Part shown: in pieces, positions 29,328 to 38,824 of the stretch | How positions within the stretch are numbered: position 1 is the first letter of the stretch | Layout of the letters: every line of letters starts with the position of its first letter | Source of the DNA: an uncultured Verrucomicrobiae bacterium | GTDB lineage: Bacteria; Verrucomicrobiota; Verrucomicrobiia; Chthoniobacterales; JAFAMB01 | Assembly: GCA_963762565.1 (NCBI GenBank) | Contig: CAVXLD010000009.1 | Coordinates: 64,001 to 128,000, forward strand | Direction of reading: 5' to 3' | Length of the DNA: 64,000 nucleotides | Made by a program: the position numbers and the translations under genes | The notes under the pieces: model-generated | Databases searched by the model: none | What the model saw: only the letters and a program-made list of their open reading frames with translations | Told to the model about the DNA's origin: nothing

Positions 29328-30248
29328 ATGATTCGGTTCATCGCGAAACGGATGCTCGGGCTGGTGGCAATTTTGTTTTGCGTGATCAGTATCACGTTCT
29401 TTTTGATTCGGTTAATGCCAGGCGGTCCTTTCGACCGAGAACGGAAGCTGCCCGAACACATCGAGAAGGCCTTACTAGCCAAATATAAATTGGATGGCCC
29501 GATCTGGAGCCAATATTTCGGGTACCTGGGAGATCTCTTGCATGGCGATCTCCGGCTATCGACCAAATATCGCGACCGGTCAGTGAACGAGATTTTGGCC
29601 GATGCTTTGCCAGTTTCAGCCACGCTGGGTGGCATCGCCTTCGTGTTGGCCATCGCTGGCGGCGTTTTCGTGGGGTGCCTGGCCGCGTCTCATCAACATT
29701 CCTGGGTCGACCGGTCCGCCATGCTGGGCGCAATGTTGGCTATCTCGCTGCCATCATTCGTGATCGGCCCTCTGCTCATCCTGATCTTTGCCATCTACAC
29801 CAATCTGTTACCGGTAGGCGGCTGGGGCACGCTAAGGAGTCTCATTCTTCCGTCGATCACGTTAGCTGCGCCTTACGCCGCCTATATCGCTCGCCTGACC
29901 AGGGCCAGCATGTTAGAGGCGCTAACCCAGGATTTCGTGCGCACCGCGCGCGCTAAAGGTCTGCCGGAGAGCCAAGTTATTTTCAAACACGCTCTTAAAG
30001 TCGCGATTCTACCGGTCGTCTCTTTTATGGGTCCGCTAGCGGCCAACCTGCTAACCGGATCGATCGTGGTGGAAAGTATCTTTTCGATACCGGGGGCGGG
30101 CGGCTTTTTCGTGAATTCGGTGCTTAATCGCGACGGATTTCTATTGGGCGGAATCGTGATTATCTACTGCGTGCTGCTCGTGGGGTTTAACCTGATTGTA
30201 GATATCCTCTACGGCTGGCTCGACCGGCGGATCGTTCTGTATGGTTAA
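29328..30248 (+). CDS. oppB: oligopeptide ABC transporter permease
   Basis: Start MIRFIAKR; MPGGPF, DFVRTARAKGL and GSIVVESIFSIPG. Confidence 0.9.
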   Translation: MIRFIAKRMLGLVAILFCVISITFFLIRLMPGGPFDRERKLPEHIEKALLAKYKLDGPIWSQYFGYLGDLLHGDLRLSTKYRDRSVNEILADALPVSATLGGIAFVLAIAGGVFVGCLAASHQHSWVDRSAMLGAMLAISLPSFVIGPLLILIFAIYTNLLPVGGWGTLRSLILPSITLAAPYAAYIARLTRASMLEALTQDFVRTARAKGLPESQVIFKHALKVAILPVVSFMGPLAANLLTGSIVVESIFSIPGAGGFFVNSVLNRDGFLLGGIVIIYCVLLVGFNLIVDILYGWLDRRIVLYG

Positions 30249-31140
30249 CTCCCGTTCGCCTTGGGTCAGATTTTTGCGCAACCGCGCCGCCATGGTCTCG
30301 CTGTCGGTGCTGGTGCTGGTCGCGGCCGCTGCGTTAATCGGTCCCCATCTGCTATCCGCCGCCGATGCCAATGTAAGCCAATCCAGCTTCTTGCCGCCGT
30401 CCCAGATGCATCCGTTCGGTACGGATTTGAATGGCCGGGATCTGCTTTACCGAGTCTTGCTCGGAGCCCAAATTTCCTTGTTGGTCGGCTTCTCCGGGGC
30501 CGTAGTCAGTTTCGCCATCGGAATCACCTATGGGATGATAGCCGGTTACTTGGGTGGATCGGCGGACTCCGTGATGATGCGCCTGGTCGATATTCTCTAC
30601 GCCATTCCCCGTCTCATTTTTATCTTGATCTTAATCAGCGCGGTCGACCCTATTCTGCGGGCCAGCTTGGCTGCTCACGGTTTTCAAAGCTTAGTGGGCT
30701 ATTCTAAAATCTTCATCTTGGTCACTTGCCTCGGATTCACCTCGTGGCTGACCATGGCCCGGATTATTCGAGGTCAGGTGCTCAGCTTGAAGTCGCAGGA
30801 GTTCGTGATGGCGGCGCGGAGCATCGGTCAAAGCCACTGGAATATCATCTGGCAACATCTGCTACCGAACCTAATCGGTGTCGCCATTGTGTATCTGACC
30901 CTGACCGTGCCTTCGGTGATTCTGGACGAATCATTTCTCAGTTTTCTCGGGGTCGGCATTCAAGCGCCTCTAGCCAGCTGGGGTCTATTACTAAGCGATG
31001 CTGCTCAGGTGATTAATCCGATAAAAGGCTATTGGTGGTTGTTGGTTTTCCCGGCAATCGCGATGGCGAGCACATTGCTCGCCCTTAATTTTCTAGGAGA
31101 CGGTCTTCGGGATGCATTCGATCCCCGGCAAAAGAAATAA
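30241..31140 (+). CDS. oppC: oligopeptide ABC transporter permease
   Basis: HPFGTDLNGRD, ARIIRGQVLSLK, ESFLSFLG and NFLGDGLRDAFDP. Confidence 0.9.
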   Translation: MVNSRSPWVRFLRNRAAMVSLSVLVLVAAAALIGPHLLSAADANVSQSSFLPPSQMHPFGTDLNGRDLLYRVLLGAQISLLVGFSGAVVSFAIGITYGMIAGYLGGSADSVMMRLVDILYAIPRLIFILILISAVDPILRASLAAHGFQSLVGYSKIFILVTCLGFTSWLTMARIIRGQVLSLKSQEFVMAARSIGQSHWNIIWQHLLPNLIGVAIVYLTLTVPSVILDESFLSFLGVGIQAPLASWGLLLSDAAQVINPIKGYWWLLVFPAIAMASTLLALNFLGDGLRDAFDPRQKK

Positions 31141-31193
31141 GAAATGACAGATGACAGATGACAGATTGCGGATGGCTGCCGTGGCCCCGGCGC

Positions 31194-31476
31194 CTGGAGG
31201 GGAGCCGCTTTTGACCATTGCCAAACCGGCGACAGGACCGCGCCAGAAATCGTGGCGTAACCAAGGTTTGTTAGCAGGCGGCTCCCGGGAACGTCTCCAC
31301 GCGTGAATTACCTGGGCGGTGTTGGATCGTTCGAACCACACGTACACGCGATCGGTATTGGCAAGATCAGCAGACGTTCGCGGGAGCCGCCTGCCAGGCA
31401 CACGCTCAGTCTGGCTAACGCAATCTTCCAAGACAGTCTGTTCAACTCAGGACGGGCGGAAGCGGCTCCCCTCCAG
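31194..31476. repeat. GGAGCCGC-family MITE/REPIN
   Basis: TIR ctggaggggagccgctt...aagcggctcccctccag with internal caggcggctcccg/cgggagccgcctg; copies at 43858-44197 and 63220-63454. Confidence 0.75.
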
Positions 31477-31761
31477 TGGTTGGACCCTAAGCGCGCGAGG
31501 ACGCGCGCCCTCCCGAACCTGGTACGATCGCGCCTCTCGCTCGGCCCATCGACGTCCCAAATGGAAGCGCCGGATCACGAATTACCACGTCCATGCCAAC
31601 CCCACGGCGCGGCTCAAATCCGGCGCGGAATCACGTTTCCCAAGTGGCAACGCCCTCGGCGCGCCGAGATTTTCGCCCTACCGGAGAACAAGATCTTAGA
31701 TGACAAAGCCGAGAGAGCGTCTTTATTTCGCCTCCAGGAGTAAAACTAAGGGAATTAAGTT

Positions 31762-33582
31762 ATGGGGATAAAATTACAAGATGCGCTGCAGGAGTCGATT
31801 GTGTGCGGAGATGGCGCCATGGGGACCGAACTATTGGCGGCCGGGGTTGCGCTAGACGTGTGCCTAGAAGAGCTCAATGTTAGTCAACCAGACCTAGTCA
31901 GCAAGGTCCACGAGAGCTATGTGGATGCCGGCTCTCAGCTGCTGGAGACCAATACTTTCGGGGCAAATGCAGTTCGGCTGGCAAAGCACGGTTTGGAAAG
32001 CGAAGTGGAAGCTTTCAATCAGGCGGCGGTCAGACTGACCAAAAAGGCTGCCGCTAATAAGGACATCTGGATCGCAGGAAGTGTCGGGCCGTTGGGCATC
32101 TATGCGGACGAAGCGGAGGTCATGCAGATTGATCGCGGCGCGGTATTCACGGGTCAGCTGAAAGCGTTGTTAGAGGCAGAAGTAGACGCGATTTTTCTCG
32201 AGACCTTCTTGGACTTCGAAGAGATCAAAATTGCACTAACCTCGTTACGCAAGCTTAGCTCCGATGTCCCCGTGATCTGTTCCATGGTCTGCTCAGAAGA
32301 AGGGCGCCTGCCGTCGAGCTTGCCAGTCCTACAGGCTTTTCGGGAGTTGGTAAGACTCGGGGCCAATGTGGTCGGCGTAAACTGTGTCACCGGGCCGCAT
32401 GCCATGGTTCGCATTTTGCGCAGGATTCCGACCGACTTTCTGATCAGCGCTTTCCCAAATGCTGGCTACCCGCGTTATCACGAAGGCCGTTTTCTGTACA
32501 ACGCGGCGCCCGAGTACTTTGGTAAGGCAAGTCGCGAATTTGTGGCAGAAGGAGCGCGGTTAATCGGTGGATGTTGCGGAGTAGGGCCCGAACACATCCG
32601 GCAGATGGCGCTGGCGATTGCCGGTATGAAACCGGTTACTTCAAAGCCGGCTATCCAACGCCTCGAAGAACCTCTGCAGCGCAGGCGTCCGGCAGAGACC
32701 AGCTTGTTAGATCTGCTGAAGAGCGGCCATACGGTTATCGTTACGGAGCTGGATCCGCCAAAAACGTTAGATCTGGAACGATATTTCAAAGCAGCGCAGC
32801 ATCTAGTTGACGCCGGTAGCGACGCGATCACGCTGGCCGACAATTCCCTGGCGATTTTGCGAGTTAGCAATCTCGCCATCGGAGCGATCCTCAAGCAGCA
32901 GTACAACATCATGCCGCTGCTTCATGTTAGCTGCCGGGACCGGAATTTAATCGGTCTGCAAAGCGAGCTACTTGGGATTTCCGCACTTGGAATCCGGCAT
33001 ATTCTACCGCTCACGGGTGACCCGGCGAAATTTGGGGATCAACCCGGCGCTTCGTCGGTGTACGACGTGAACTCCATCCAATTGATGGAAATCATTTCCG
33101 GTTTGAACAAGGGGTACAATTTTACGGGCAAGAGTATCAAGTACCCTACCGATTTTGTAATGGGCTGTACGCTTAATCCGAATGCCAAAAATCTCGATGC
33201 TCAGATTTCGCGCTTAGAAAGAAAGGTTGCAGCCGGGGCCAGCTATGTAATGACCCAGCCGGTCTTTGATCCAGCGCTAGTCAAAACCATGTACGAACGA
33301 ACGCGCCACCTCAACGTTCCGATCTTCACCGGGGTGTGGCCGCTGCTAAACGGAAGGCAAACTGAATTTTTGCACCATGAGGTACCCGGTATTATCATCC
33401 CGGACATTGTGCGCTCAAAAATGACTGGTAAAGAAGGGGCGGAAGGCAAGCGCATGGGTGTCGACCTGGCAAAGCGGATTATCGACACCGTGCTAGAGTT
33501 CTTCCCAGGGGTCTATTTGATCACGCCTTTTCTTTCTTATGACACCACCGCCGAGCTCGCCCAGTTCGTCCGAGGCATATAG
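31762..33582 (+). CDS. yitJ: bifunctional homocysteine S-methyltransferase / methylenetetrahydrofolate reductase
   Basis: DGAMGT, TNTFGAN, GVNC and IGGCCG, then ELDPP, HVSCRDRN, TGDP and MTQPVFD. Confidence 0.92.
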   Translation: MGIKLQDALQESIVCGDGAMGTELLAAGVALDVCLEELNVSQPDLVSKVHESYVDAGSQLLETNTFGANAVRLAKHGLESEVEAFNQAAVRLTKKAAANKDIWIAGSVGPLGIYADEAEVMQIDRGAVFTGQLKALLEAEVDAIFLETFLDFEEIKIALTSLRKLSSDVPVICSMVCSEEGRLPSSLPVLQAFRELVRLGANVVGVNCVTGPHAMVRILRRIPTDFLISAFPNAGYPRYHEGRFLYNAAPEYFGKASREFVAEGARLIGGCCGVGPEHIRQMALAIAGMKPVTSKPAIQRLEEPLQRRRPAETSLLDLLKSGHTVIVTELDPPKTLDLERYFKAAQHLVDAGSDAITLADNSLAILRVSNLAIGAILKQQYNIMPLLHVSCRDRNLIGLQSELLGISALGIRHILPLTGDPAKFGDQPGASSVYDVNSIQLMEIISGLNKGYNFTGKSIKYPTDFVMGCTLNPNAKNLDAQISRLERKVAAGASYVMTQPVFDPALVKTMYERTRHLNVPIFTGVWPLLNGRQTEFLHHEVPGIIIPDIVRSKMTGKEGAEGKRMGVDLAKRIIDTVLEFFPGVYLITPFLSYDTTAELAQFVRGI

Positions 33583-34303
33583 CAGCCATAGGGTCCCGTG
33601 GACCCTGATAATTCAAGTCGGCGGACTAGCGCTGGCAATCGTGGTGATCTTTTTATTAAGCTCACAGTATCCGGTCCTGAATTGGATTGGTGACGCCCGG
33701 AAACACATCGAAAGCCTCGGCATCTGGAGCGGCATCGTTTATCCGATTGCCTACGCGATCTGCAATGTGCTGCTTCTGCCCGGAGGAATTCTAAGCATCG
33801 GAGGCGGATTCATCTTTGGACTATGGTGGGGGTTTCTCATTGTCCTAGTCGGCAACCTGCTTGGCGCGACGACCGCCTTCTGCATTGCCCGGCGCCTTGG
33901 CCGCCGGCGAGTCGAGAAGCTAATCAACAATAGCCGCCGGCTCCGAGTCATCGATCGGGCGATCGAAAGGCATGGATGGAAAATTGTTGTTCTGTCCCAG
34001 TTGAACCCGTTAGCGCCGTCGAGCTTACTAAACTATTTCTACGGGCTGACGCGGGTCCCGCTTTATCGATGCCTTCTGTGGATCGCGCTCGGCCAAACTC
34101 CCGGGTTATTCCTTTACGCGTTTATCGGCACGTTAGGCCAGTTCGGCGTCGAAATGGCCCGCGGCACTAAACAACCGGGTCTCCATGATTATTTAGTGTG
34201 GGGTACCGGTTTCATCTTAACGATTTGTACCACCTACTTGCTCGGCCGCTTAGCCAAGCGCATCATGACAGAGGTGGAGGCTGAGATGGAGAGCCAAACT
34301 TGA
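33539..34303 (+). CDS. TVP38/TMEM64 (VTT/DedA-related) membrane protein
   Basis: LPGGILSIGGGFIFG, LNPLAPSSLLNYFYGLT and multiple TM segments; exact start uncertain. Confidence 0.85.
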   Translation: MTPPPSSPSSSEAYSSHRVPWTLIIQVGGLALAIVVIFLLSSQYPVLNWIGDARKHIESLGIWSGIVYPIAYAICNVLLLPGGILSIGGGFIFGLWWGFLIVLVGNLLGATTAFCIARRLGRRRVEKLINNSRRLRVIDRAIERHGWKIVVLSQLNPLAPSSLLNYFYGLTRVPLYRCLLWIALGQTPGLFLYAFIGTLGQFGVEMARGTKQPGLHDYLVWGTGFILTICTTYLLGRLAKRIMTEVEAEMESQT

Positions 34304-34347
34304 CGGAAGACCGACTCCGGCTACCGTAGGCAGAGGTTGCAGCGCGG

Positions 34348-34710
34348 ATGAACTCCTCCACACCCGACAGCCGGGAAGCAGATATAGTCATTTATCTCGA
34401 CTACGGTGTCGATTGCGTTTTCGGCTATTACAGCGATATCCGCCTGAATGACCAAGGGCTAGTCTTTCGTTCCCGTTGGCGGTTCGATCTCGGAACTCAA
34501 ATATCGTTAAGGGTTTGCGCCAAACCGGAGTCACCAGATACAACGCCGGTTTGCGTCGATCTCACCGGGATCGTGGTCAGCTGCGATCGCATGTACTGCC
34601 GATCCGTGGCCTATGAAGTGACTTTGTTGTTCTTCGAGGAACAATCCGAAAGCGGCTGTGAGCTCAGTCGTTTGACTTGCCGGCCGGAATTAATGGGGAA
34701 TCTGAATTAA
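34348..34710 (+). CDS. PilZ-like small hypothetical protein
   Basis: LNDQGLVF...GIVVSC...YEVTLLF beta-barrel-like pattern. Confidence 0.55.
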   Translation: MNSSTPDSREADIVIYLDYGVDCVFGYYSDIRLNDQGLVFRSRWRFDLGTQISLRVCAKPESPDTTPVCVDLTGIVVSCDRMYCRSVAYEVTLLFFEEQSESGCELSRLTCRPELMGNLN

Positions 34711-34922
34711 GGTGTGAATGGAACCCGGGAGAGAGCGCTCGTGGCGACTGCGCTTTGTGGTTCGGCTGCACCCTGTCGCCTTAGGCAACCTCTCGGACCA
34801 ATTAGGTCCATTGGCGTAACCGACAGTCGCCGTTACCGGAAACCACTCGTCATCGCCGGTTATTTGGGCAAGACGCCCAATAAGGCGCCGTGGCAAAACG
34901 TTGGTCGCGCGGGAGCCTCGTT

Positions 34923-35192
34923 TTACCCCTTCAGCTTCGCGGCCACCGCATGGTTGGCGCGGCTTTTCCGGCGAGCAGCGTAATTCTTGTGAATGACGCC
35001 ACGCTTCGCGGCCTTGTCGAGACTGGAAGCAAATACAGCCAGTTCAGCTTCGATTTTGCTCTTATCTCCTGCGGTGATCGCCGCACTCAGCTTTTTCTGC
35101 TGCGACTTGATTCCAGTGAGGACTGACTTGTTTTGCTGGGTACGAGCTACGGTCTGCCTTGCCCGTTTCCCTGCTGATCGCGTATTTGCCAT
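34923..35192 (-). CDS. rpsT: 30S ribosomal protein S20
   Basis: MANTRSAGKRARQ...LDKAAKRGVIHKNYAARRKSR. Confidence 0.96.
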   Translation of the reverse strand: MANTRSAGKRARQTVARTQQNKSVLTGIKSQQKKLSAAITAGDKSKIEAELAVFASSLDKAAKRGVIHKNYAARRKSRANHAVAAKLKG

Positions 35193-35255
35193 GAGCTTCT
35201 AAAAAAAGGAAACGGAGCCTCACATTGTTAGCTGACTGCGTCAACCGGGAATTTT

Positions 35256-35340
35256 TTCCGCCTTCGTCCCTGGTCTCCCCTAAACTACGGCGCGACAGGT
35301 TCCGCCTTCGTCCCCTGGTCTCCCCTAAACTACGGCGCGA
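35256..35340. repeat. tandem direct repeat of about 41 bp
   Basis: ttccgccttcgtccc(c)tggtctcccctaaactacggcgcga twice. Confidence 0.8.
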
Positions 35341-35375
35341 GAAGCCGCTTCCGGCTTCGCTCCGCCCTGACAAGT

Positions 35376-35852
35376 TCACCCCTCGGGTTGGGTCTGCCGC
35401 TCTCGATCGTCTGCTTTAGAGGGCCGATTGAGTAAGGCGTTAAATACCCGACGAGGGAGGCTGTGTCCCTGCTCTTCAGTCTCGAGTTCGCCTGACGCTG
35501 CCTGTTTCGCCTGCTCCCAAACCGCAGGAAAACCAGGCGATTGCGAATTCATGTAGCGTTCGGCTCTGGCGTATACTTCCAGATCGCGTTGCTGTTTCCG
35601 GTCGGGTGTCTGGCTCAGACTCGCCACCTTCATTCTGAGATTTTCATTCTGCGCTCGCAGATTCTGCAAATCTACTTTTAACCGGTTAGTGGCGTCCGCC
35701 TCCAATTCTAGTTTGTCAGCTAGATGCCGTCGCAGGCGAATCACTTCGCGACGTGTTTCCCAAAGTCGAAGTATTGCTAAGCCGGTTCCAATAAGCCCAA
35801 GAAGTAATCCCACTCCTAATCCCCAGAAGAAGTGGTCATGTGTAAAGTCCAT
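35376..35852 (-). CDS. hypothetical protein with N-terminal TM helix and coiled coil
   Basis: FFWGLGVGLLLGLIG followed by heptad repeats. Confidence 0.75.
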   Translation of the reverse strand: MDFTHDHFFWGLGVGLLLGLIGTGLAILRLWETRREVIRLRRHLADKLELEADATNRLKVDLQNLRAQNENLRMKVASLSQTPDRKQQRDLEVYARAERYMNSQSPGFPAVWEQAKQAASGELETEEQGHSLPRRVFNALLNRPSKADDRERQTQPEG

Positions 35853-35911
35853 GGTGACGGGAAAGTAAACTGTGACGGACGTTGATCAAGTTCGCAGTTG
35901 GCGGTTTTCAG

Positions 35912-36982
35912 TTAAGCGGTGGCCGCGAACCGGGAATGGTGAACCCCCTCCTTGCCTAGGATGATACGAAGAAAGGTCGCATCGGAGAAAGGACCGTCGC
36001 GGCCCTGGCGAACGATGATCAGGTCCATAGAAGGGATGATGAACATGCGCTGATAACCAGATCCAATTGCGGCGATAAGATCTCGCGGCGCATCGCGGCA
36101 AAGACAGACGTGTTGCCAATATTCCCGTTGCCAAGGGATGTCTAACTCCTTTTCAACATCAATTTCGCTGGCGCCATCGCTGGCCGTCCGATTTATCCAG
36201 AATCCCATACCAAACATCGGATTCGCTCGACTGCCACGAAACAACTCTTCCAGCATACCGCTCGGAACGATTTGGCGGTGACCGTATTTCCCATCGTTGA
36301 GAATGAGTATGCCTAGCTGGGCCCACTGCCTGCAGCTCAATTTGAAACCGCTGGCAAGTAACGGATGTCCGACTTCATCTTCTCGAAAGTCGACACCGTA
36401 GATGCCGAGAGGACTCAGGATTCGTCGCTGAAGATATCCTTGAAGAGTAAGCTGCCGTCGCAGTAATTTTCGGCGGAGAACATCAGAAAAAATCTGGAGT
36501 TGACTCGGGCCATACATGAAGGTTTGGCCCGGGGGAGCGACTGCTCTCAAAGCAATGCTATAACGGTTGCGATCGGGGATCCTTTTGCCATGAAGAGCGA
36601 ATACGGGTTCGATGCCAGCGGTAAAGTTCAGGAGATTGCGAATGGTGATATTCTGCTTGTCCGGTTTATCGTCCCACTCGGTGATCGTATTCTTCACTGG
36701 TTCATCCAAGTCCAGGAGACCGTCTTGTTGGGCGGCGATAGCAGCCAGGCACCAGAATCCCTTCGTGCCGCTGAAGATCGAGGCAACCCTATCCTGGTCA
36801 TCCCCATGCGCATAAGACTCGTGGAGGATGTGACCATCCTGGATCACCAACAGAGACAGACCTTGGTGCGCCACCGAGTACTTCTGTGCTGCCGCGCAAC
36901 TGGCTACCGAGACATCTCCGTACGCGGAAGTGAGAACGACCATGCCGGCAGCCAAAATCACCAAAGAACAAATCATTCTCAT
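35912..36982 (-). CDS. serine hydrolase / beta-lactamase family protein
   Basis: Signal peptide, SGTK (SxxK), ITIRNLLNFTAG, PGQTFMY and AIGSGYQ. Confidence 0.88.
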   Translation of the reverse strand: MRMICSLVILAAGMVVLTSAYGDVSVASCAAAQKYSVAHQGLSLLVIQDGHILHESYAHGDDQDRVASIFSGTKGFWCLAAIAAQQDGLLDLDEPVKNTITEWDDKPDKQNITIRNLLNFTAGIEPVFALHGKRIPDRNRYSIALRAVAPPGQTFMYGPSQLQIFSDVLRRKLLRRQLTLQGYLQRRILSPLGIYGVDFREDEVGHPLLASGFKLSCRQWAQLGILILNDGKYGHRQIVPSGMLEELFRGSRANPMFGMGFWINRTASDGASEIDVEKELDIPWQREYWQHVCLCRDAPRDLIAAIGSGYQRMFIIPSMDLIIVRQGRDGPFSDATFLRIILGKEGVHHSRFAATA

Positions 36983-37142
36983 GAAGCCGCAACCACTACT
37001 GTTGCTGGCCGGAAAAGCAAGAGAGGAAGGAGTTCAGGAGTTGCAGGCCCGCCCGCATCGCTACGCGAAGCGTTGCGGGCGGGAGTTCGGGAGTTCAGGA
37101 GCCGGTTATTCGACAGATTTGGGCAATTCTCAATTCTTGGCC

Positions 37143-37793
37143 ATGGAGAGCGATCATTTCCAGACGCTTGAGCAGAGCAAGGAGGCGGTTCCGTTCCGAC
37201 TCTTTTTCTCCATCAATCCGCCTCCCGATGTGATCCATCATTTGTCGGCGATGCAGAGTGAAGTGAGAAAGGTTCTGGAAACCGGTTTCGACCCAAGGCG
37301 CACGGTGCGCTGGATCCGGCCGACCCAGTTTCACTTGACCATTCTATTTTTGGGGAATGTGCCGCCCGCGGAAATCCCGAGCTTAGAACTGGTAGCAAAC
37401 GAAATAATGGCGTCGTTCACCGAGCTGCCGATTTTGACCCTAGGCAATATCGGCAGCTTTCCTGCGTTTCATCGTCCCAGAGTCTTATGGGTCGGATGCC
37501 GTTCCAATGAAGTGCTAAACCAGCTCCAATCTCGGTTTTTAGCCGCGTTTTCCCGAAGAATTCCGCTTAAAGAGAACGAGCGTTCTTACCCTCACATCAC
37601 CATCGCTCGATTTCGTCACCTTCCTCGCAGGTTCGCAGAGAGAATGCGCGTGCTCTCAGAAAAGAATTGGTTCCCCGAATGTGTCTGGCGCGTACATGCG
37701 GTGAGCTTGATGCGGAGCGTACCTCGACCCGACGGTGTCGAATACACTTGTTTGTCGAATTTCTCGCCCGACATTGGCGCTGATGGACCCTGA
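37143..37793 (+). CDS. thpR: RNA 2',3'-cyclic phosphodiesterase (2H phosphoesterase)
   Basis: RLFFSI, HLTILFLG, PRVLW and PHITIAR; likely start MESDH (37143). Confidence 0.85.
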   Translation: MESDHFQTLEQSKEAVPFRLFFSINPPPDVIHHLSAMQSEVRKVLETGFDPRRTVRWIRPTQFHLTILFLGNVPPAEIPSLELVANEIMASFTELPILTLGNIGSFPAFHRPRVLWVGCRSNEVLNQLQSRFLAAFSRRIPLKENERSYPHITIARFRHLPRRFAERMRVLSEKNWFPECVWRVHAVSLMRSVPRPDGVEYTCLSNFSPDIGADGP

Positions 37794-38121
37794 AGAGCAG
37801 TTGCGGAACGATGCCTGGATCGGAGATGCAGTGCTGGCCCTTTTCGCGCGTTCTTGGCTTCTGCAAATTGGTCAAACAGAAAACTCCAAGGATCGCAATC
37901 GCTTGTTCGAATTGTGGGTTTCGAATCAGTTCCTCTCTTCTTTCGGTGAACCAACCTGTGTGGAGGCCGCGATTGGAAGGACCTATGCCAGCGGAGGATT
38001 GGACGCAGCTTTCGCGTTTATTGAGGGGAATCTCTTAAAGCGATTTCTCCAAACCGCCAGAAATCGCGGATTTAATTTGGCGGTGACGAAGAAGCATTCT
38101 AGCGGCGAAGCCGCGACTTAG
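37783..38121 (+). CDS. minimal RNase III-domain protein (Mini-III-like)
   Basis: AWIGDAVL, VSNQFL and TCVEAAIG motifs; 112 aa, no dsRBD; overlaps the thpR stop. Confidence 0.7.
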   Translation: MDPEEQLRNDAWIGDAVLALFARSWLLQIGQTENSKDRNRLFELWVSNQFLSSFGEPTCVEAAIGRTYASGGLDAAFAFIEGNLLKRFLQTARNRGFNLAVTKKHSSGEAAT

Positions 38122-38777
38122 CAGCGAAGCTGCGACTCAAAATAGCCTAGGGTGAAGCCCTAGGAACGTGAATAAATAGCGATTTAGCGCTGAAAGCGCG
38201 TGACAATAACGTATTTTCTTTATGTTATTACTGCGTGCCGCAATCGTTGGCAAGCCTTCTCACCCATTTAATCTTCTCTACCAAGAACCGAAAACCTTTG
38301 CTCTATGGCAAGGATCTCCAAGAACGGACTCACGCTTATCTGGCCACGGTGCTGAATGATTTGAAATGTCCAACCGTGATTGTCGGCGGCGTTGCGAACC
38401 ATGTGCATATCCTCTGTCAGTTGGCCAAAACCAAGTCGGTCTCCGACGTCATGGAGCACCTGAAGGCTTCTTCCTCAAAATGGTTAAAGACACAGGGAAG
38501 CCACGCCTTCAGTTGGCAACGCGGCTATGGCGTTTTCTCCGTCAGCCAGTCGCTGGTCGCCGCCGTTGTTCGTTACATCGAGCGGCAAGAGGAACATCAT
38601 CGCACAATCACATTCGAAGAAGAATATCGATCAATTCTCAAAGGTTACCGAGTCGTGTTTGATGAACGATACGTCTGGGATTAGCGCGGCATTGAAGCGC
38701 ACCTTCAGTGCGCGGCGCTTTGGGGGCGTTGTCCTAGGGCTTCGCCTAGGCTATCTTGAGTCACCGCTTCGCGGCTA
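38119..38777 (+). mobile_element. IS200-type / REP-associated HUH transposase element with palindromic ends
   Basis: Inverted multi-hairpin ends (gactcaaaatagcctaggg...cctagg / cctaggg...cctaggctatcttgagtc) around tnpA. Confidence 0.75.
38235..38684 (+). CDS. tnpA: Y1 HUH transposase (IS200/IS605 TnpA family)
   Basis: HLIFSTKNR, NHVHIL (HUH), WQRGYGVFSVS and YIERQEEHH. Confidence 0.93.
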   Translation: MPQSLASLLTHLIFSTKNRKPLLYGKDLQERTHAYLATVLNDLKCPTVIVGGVANHVHILCQLAKTKSVSDVMEHLKASSSKWLKTQGSHAFSWQRGYGVFSVSQSLVAAVVRYIERQEEHHRTITFEEEYRSILKGYRVVFDERYVWD

Positions 38778-38824
38778 GTTTGAGGCGTTCGCGCGCGCCC
38801 TCCCCGTCAGGGGTCGAACGACCG

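Noticed and set aside
34714..34920. Known ncRNA between the PilZ-like gene and rpsT
   Set aside because: Some short hairpins are present, but I cannot match them to any RNA family.
36930..37142. N-terminal extension of thpR
   Set aside because: It overlaps the divergent gene and a 9-mer/hairpin repeat also found at ~21180.
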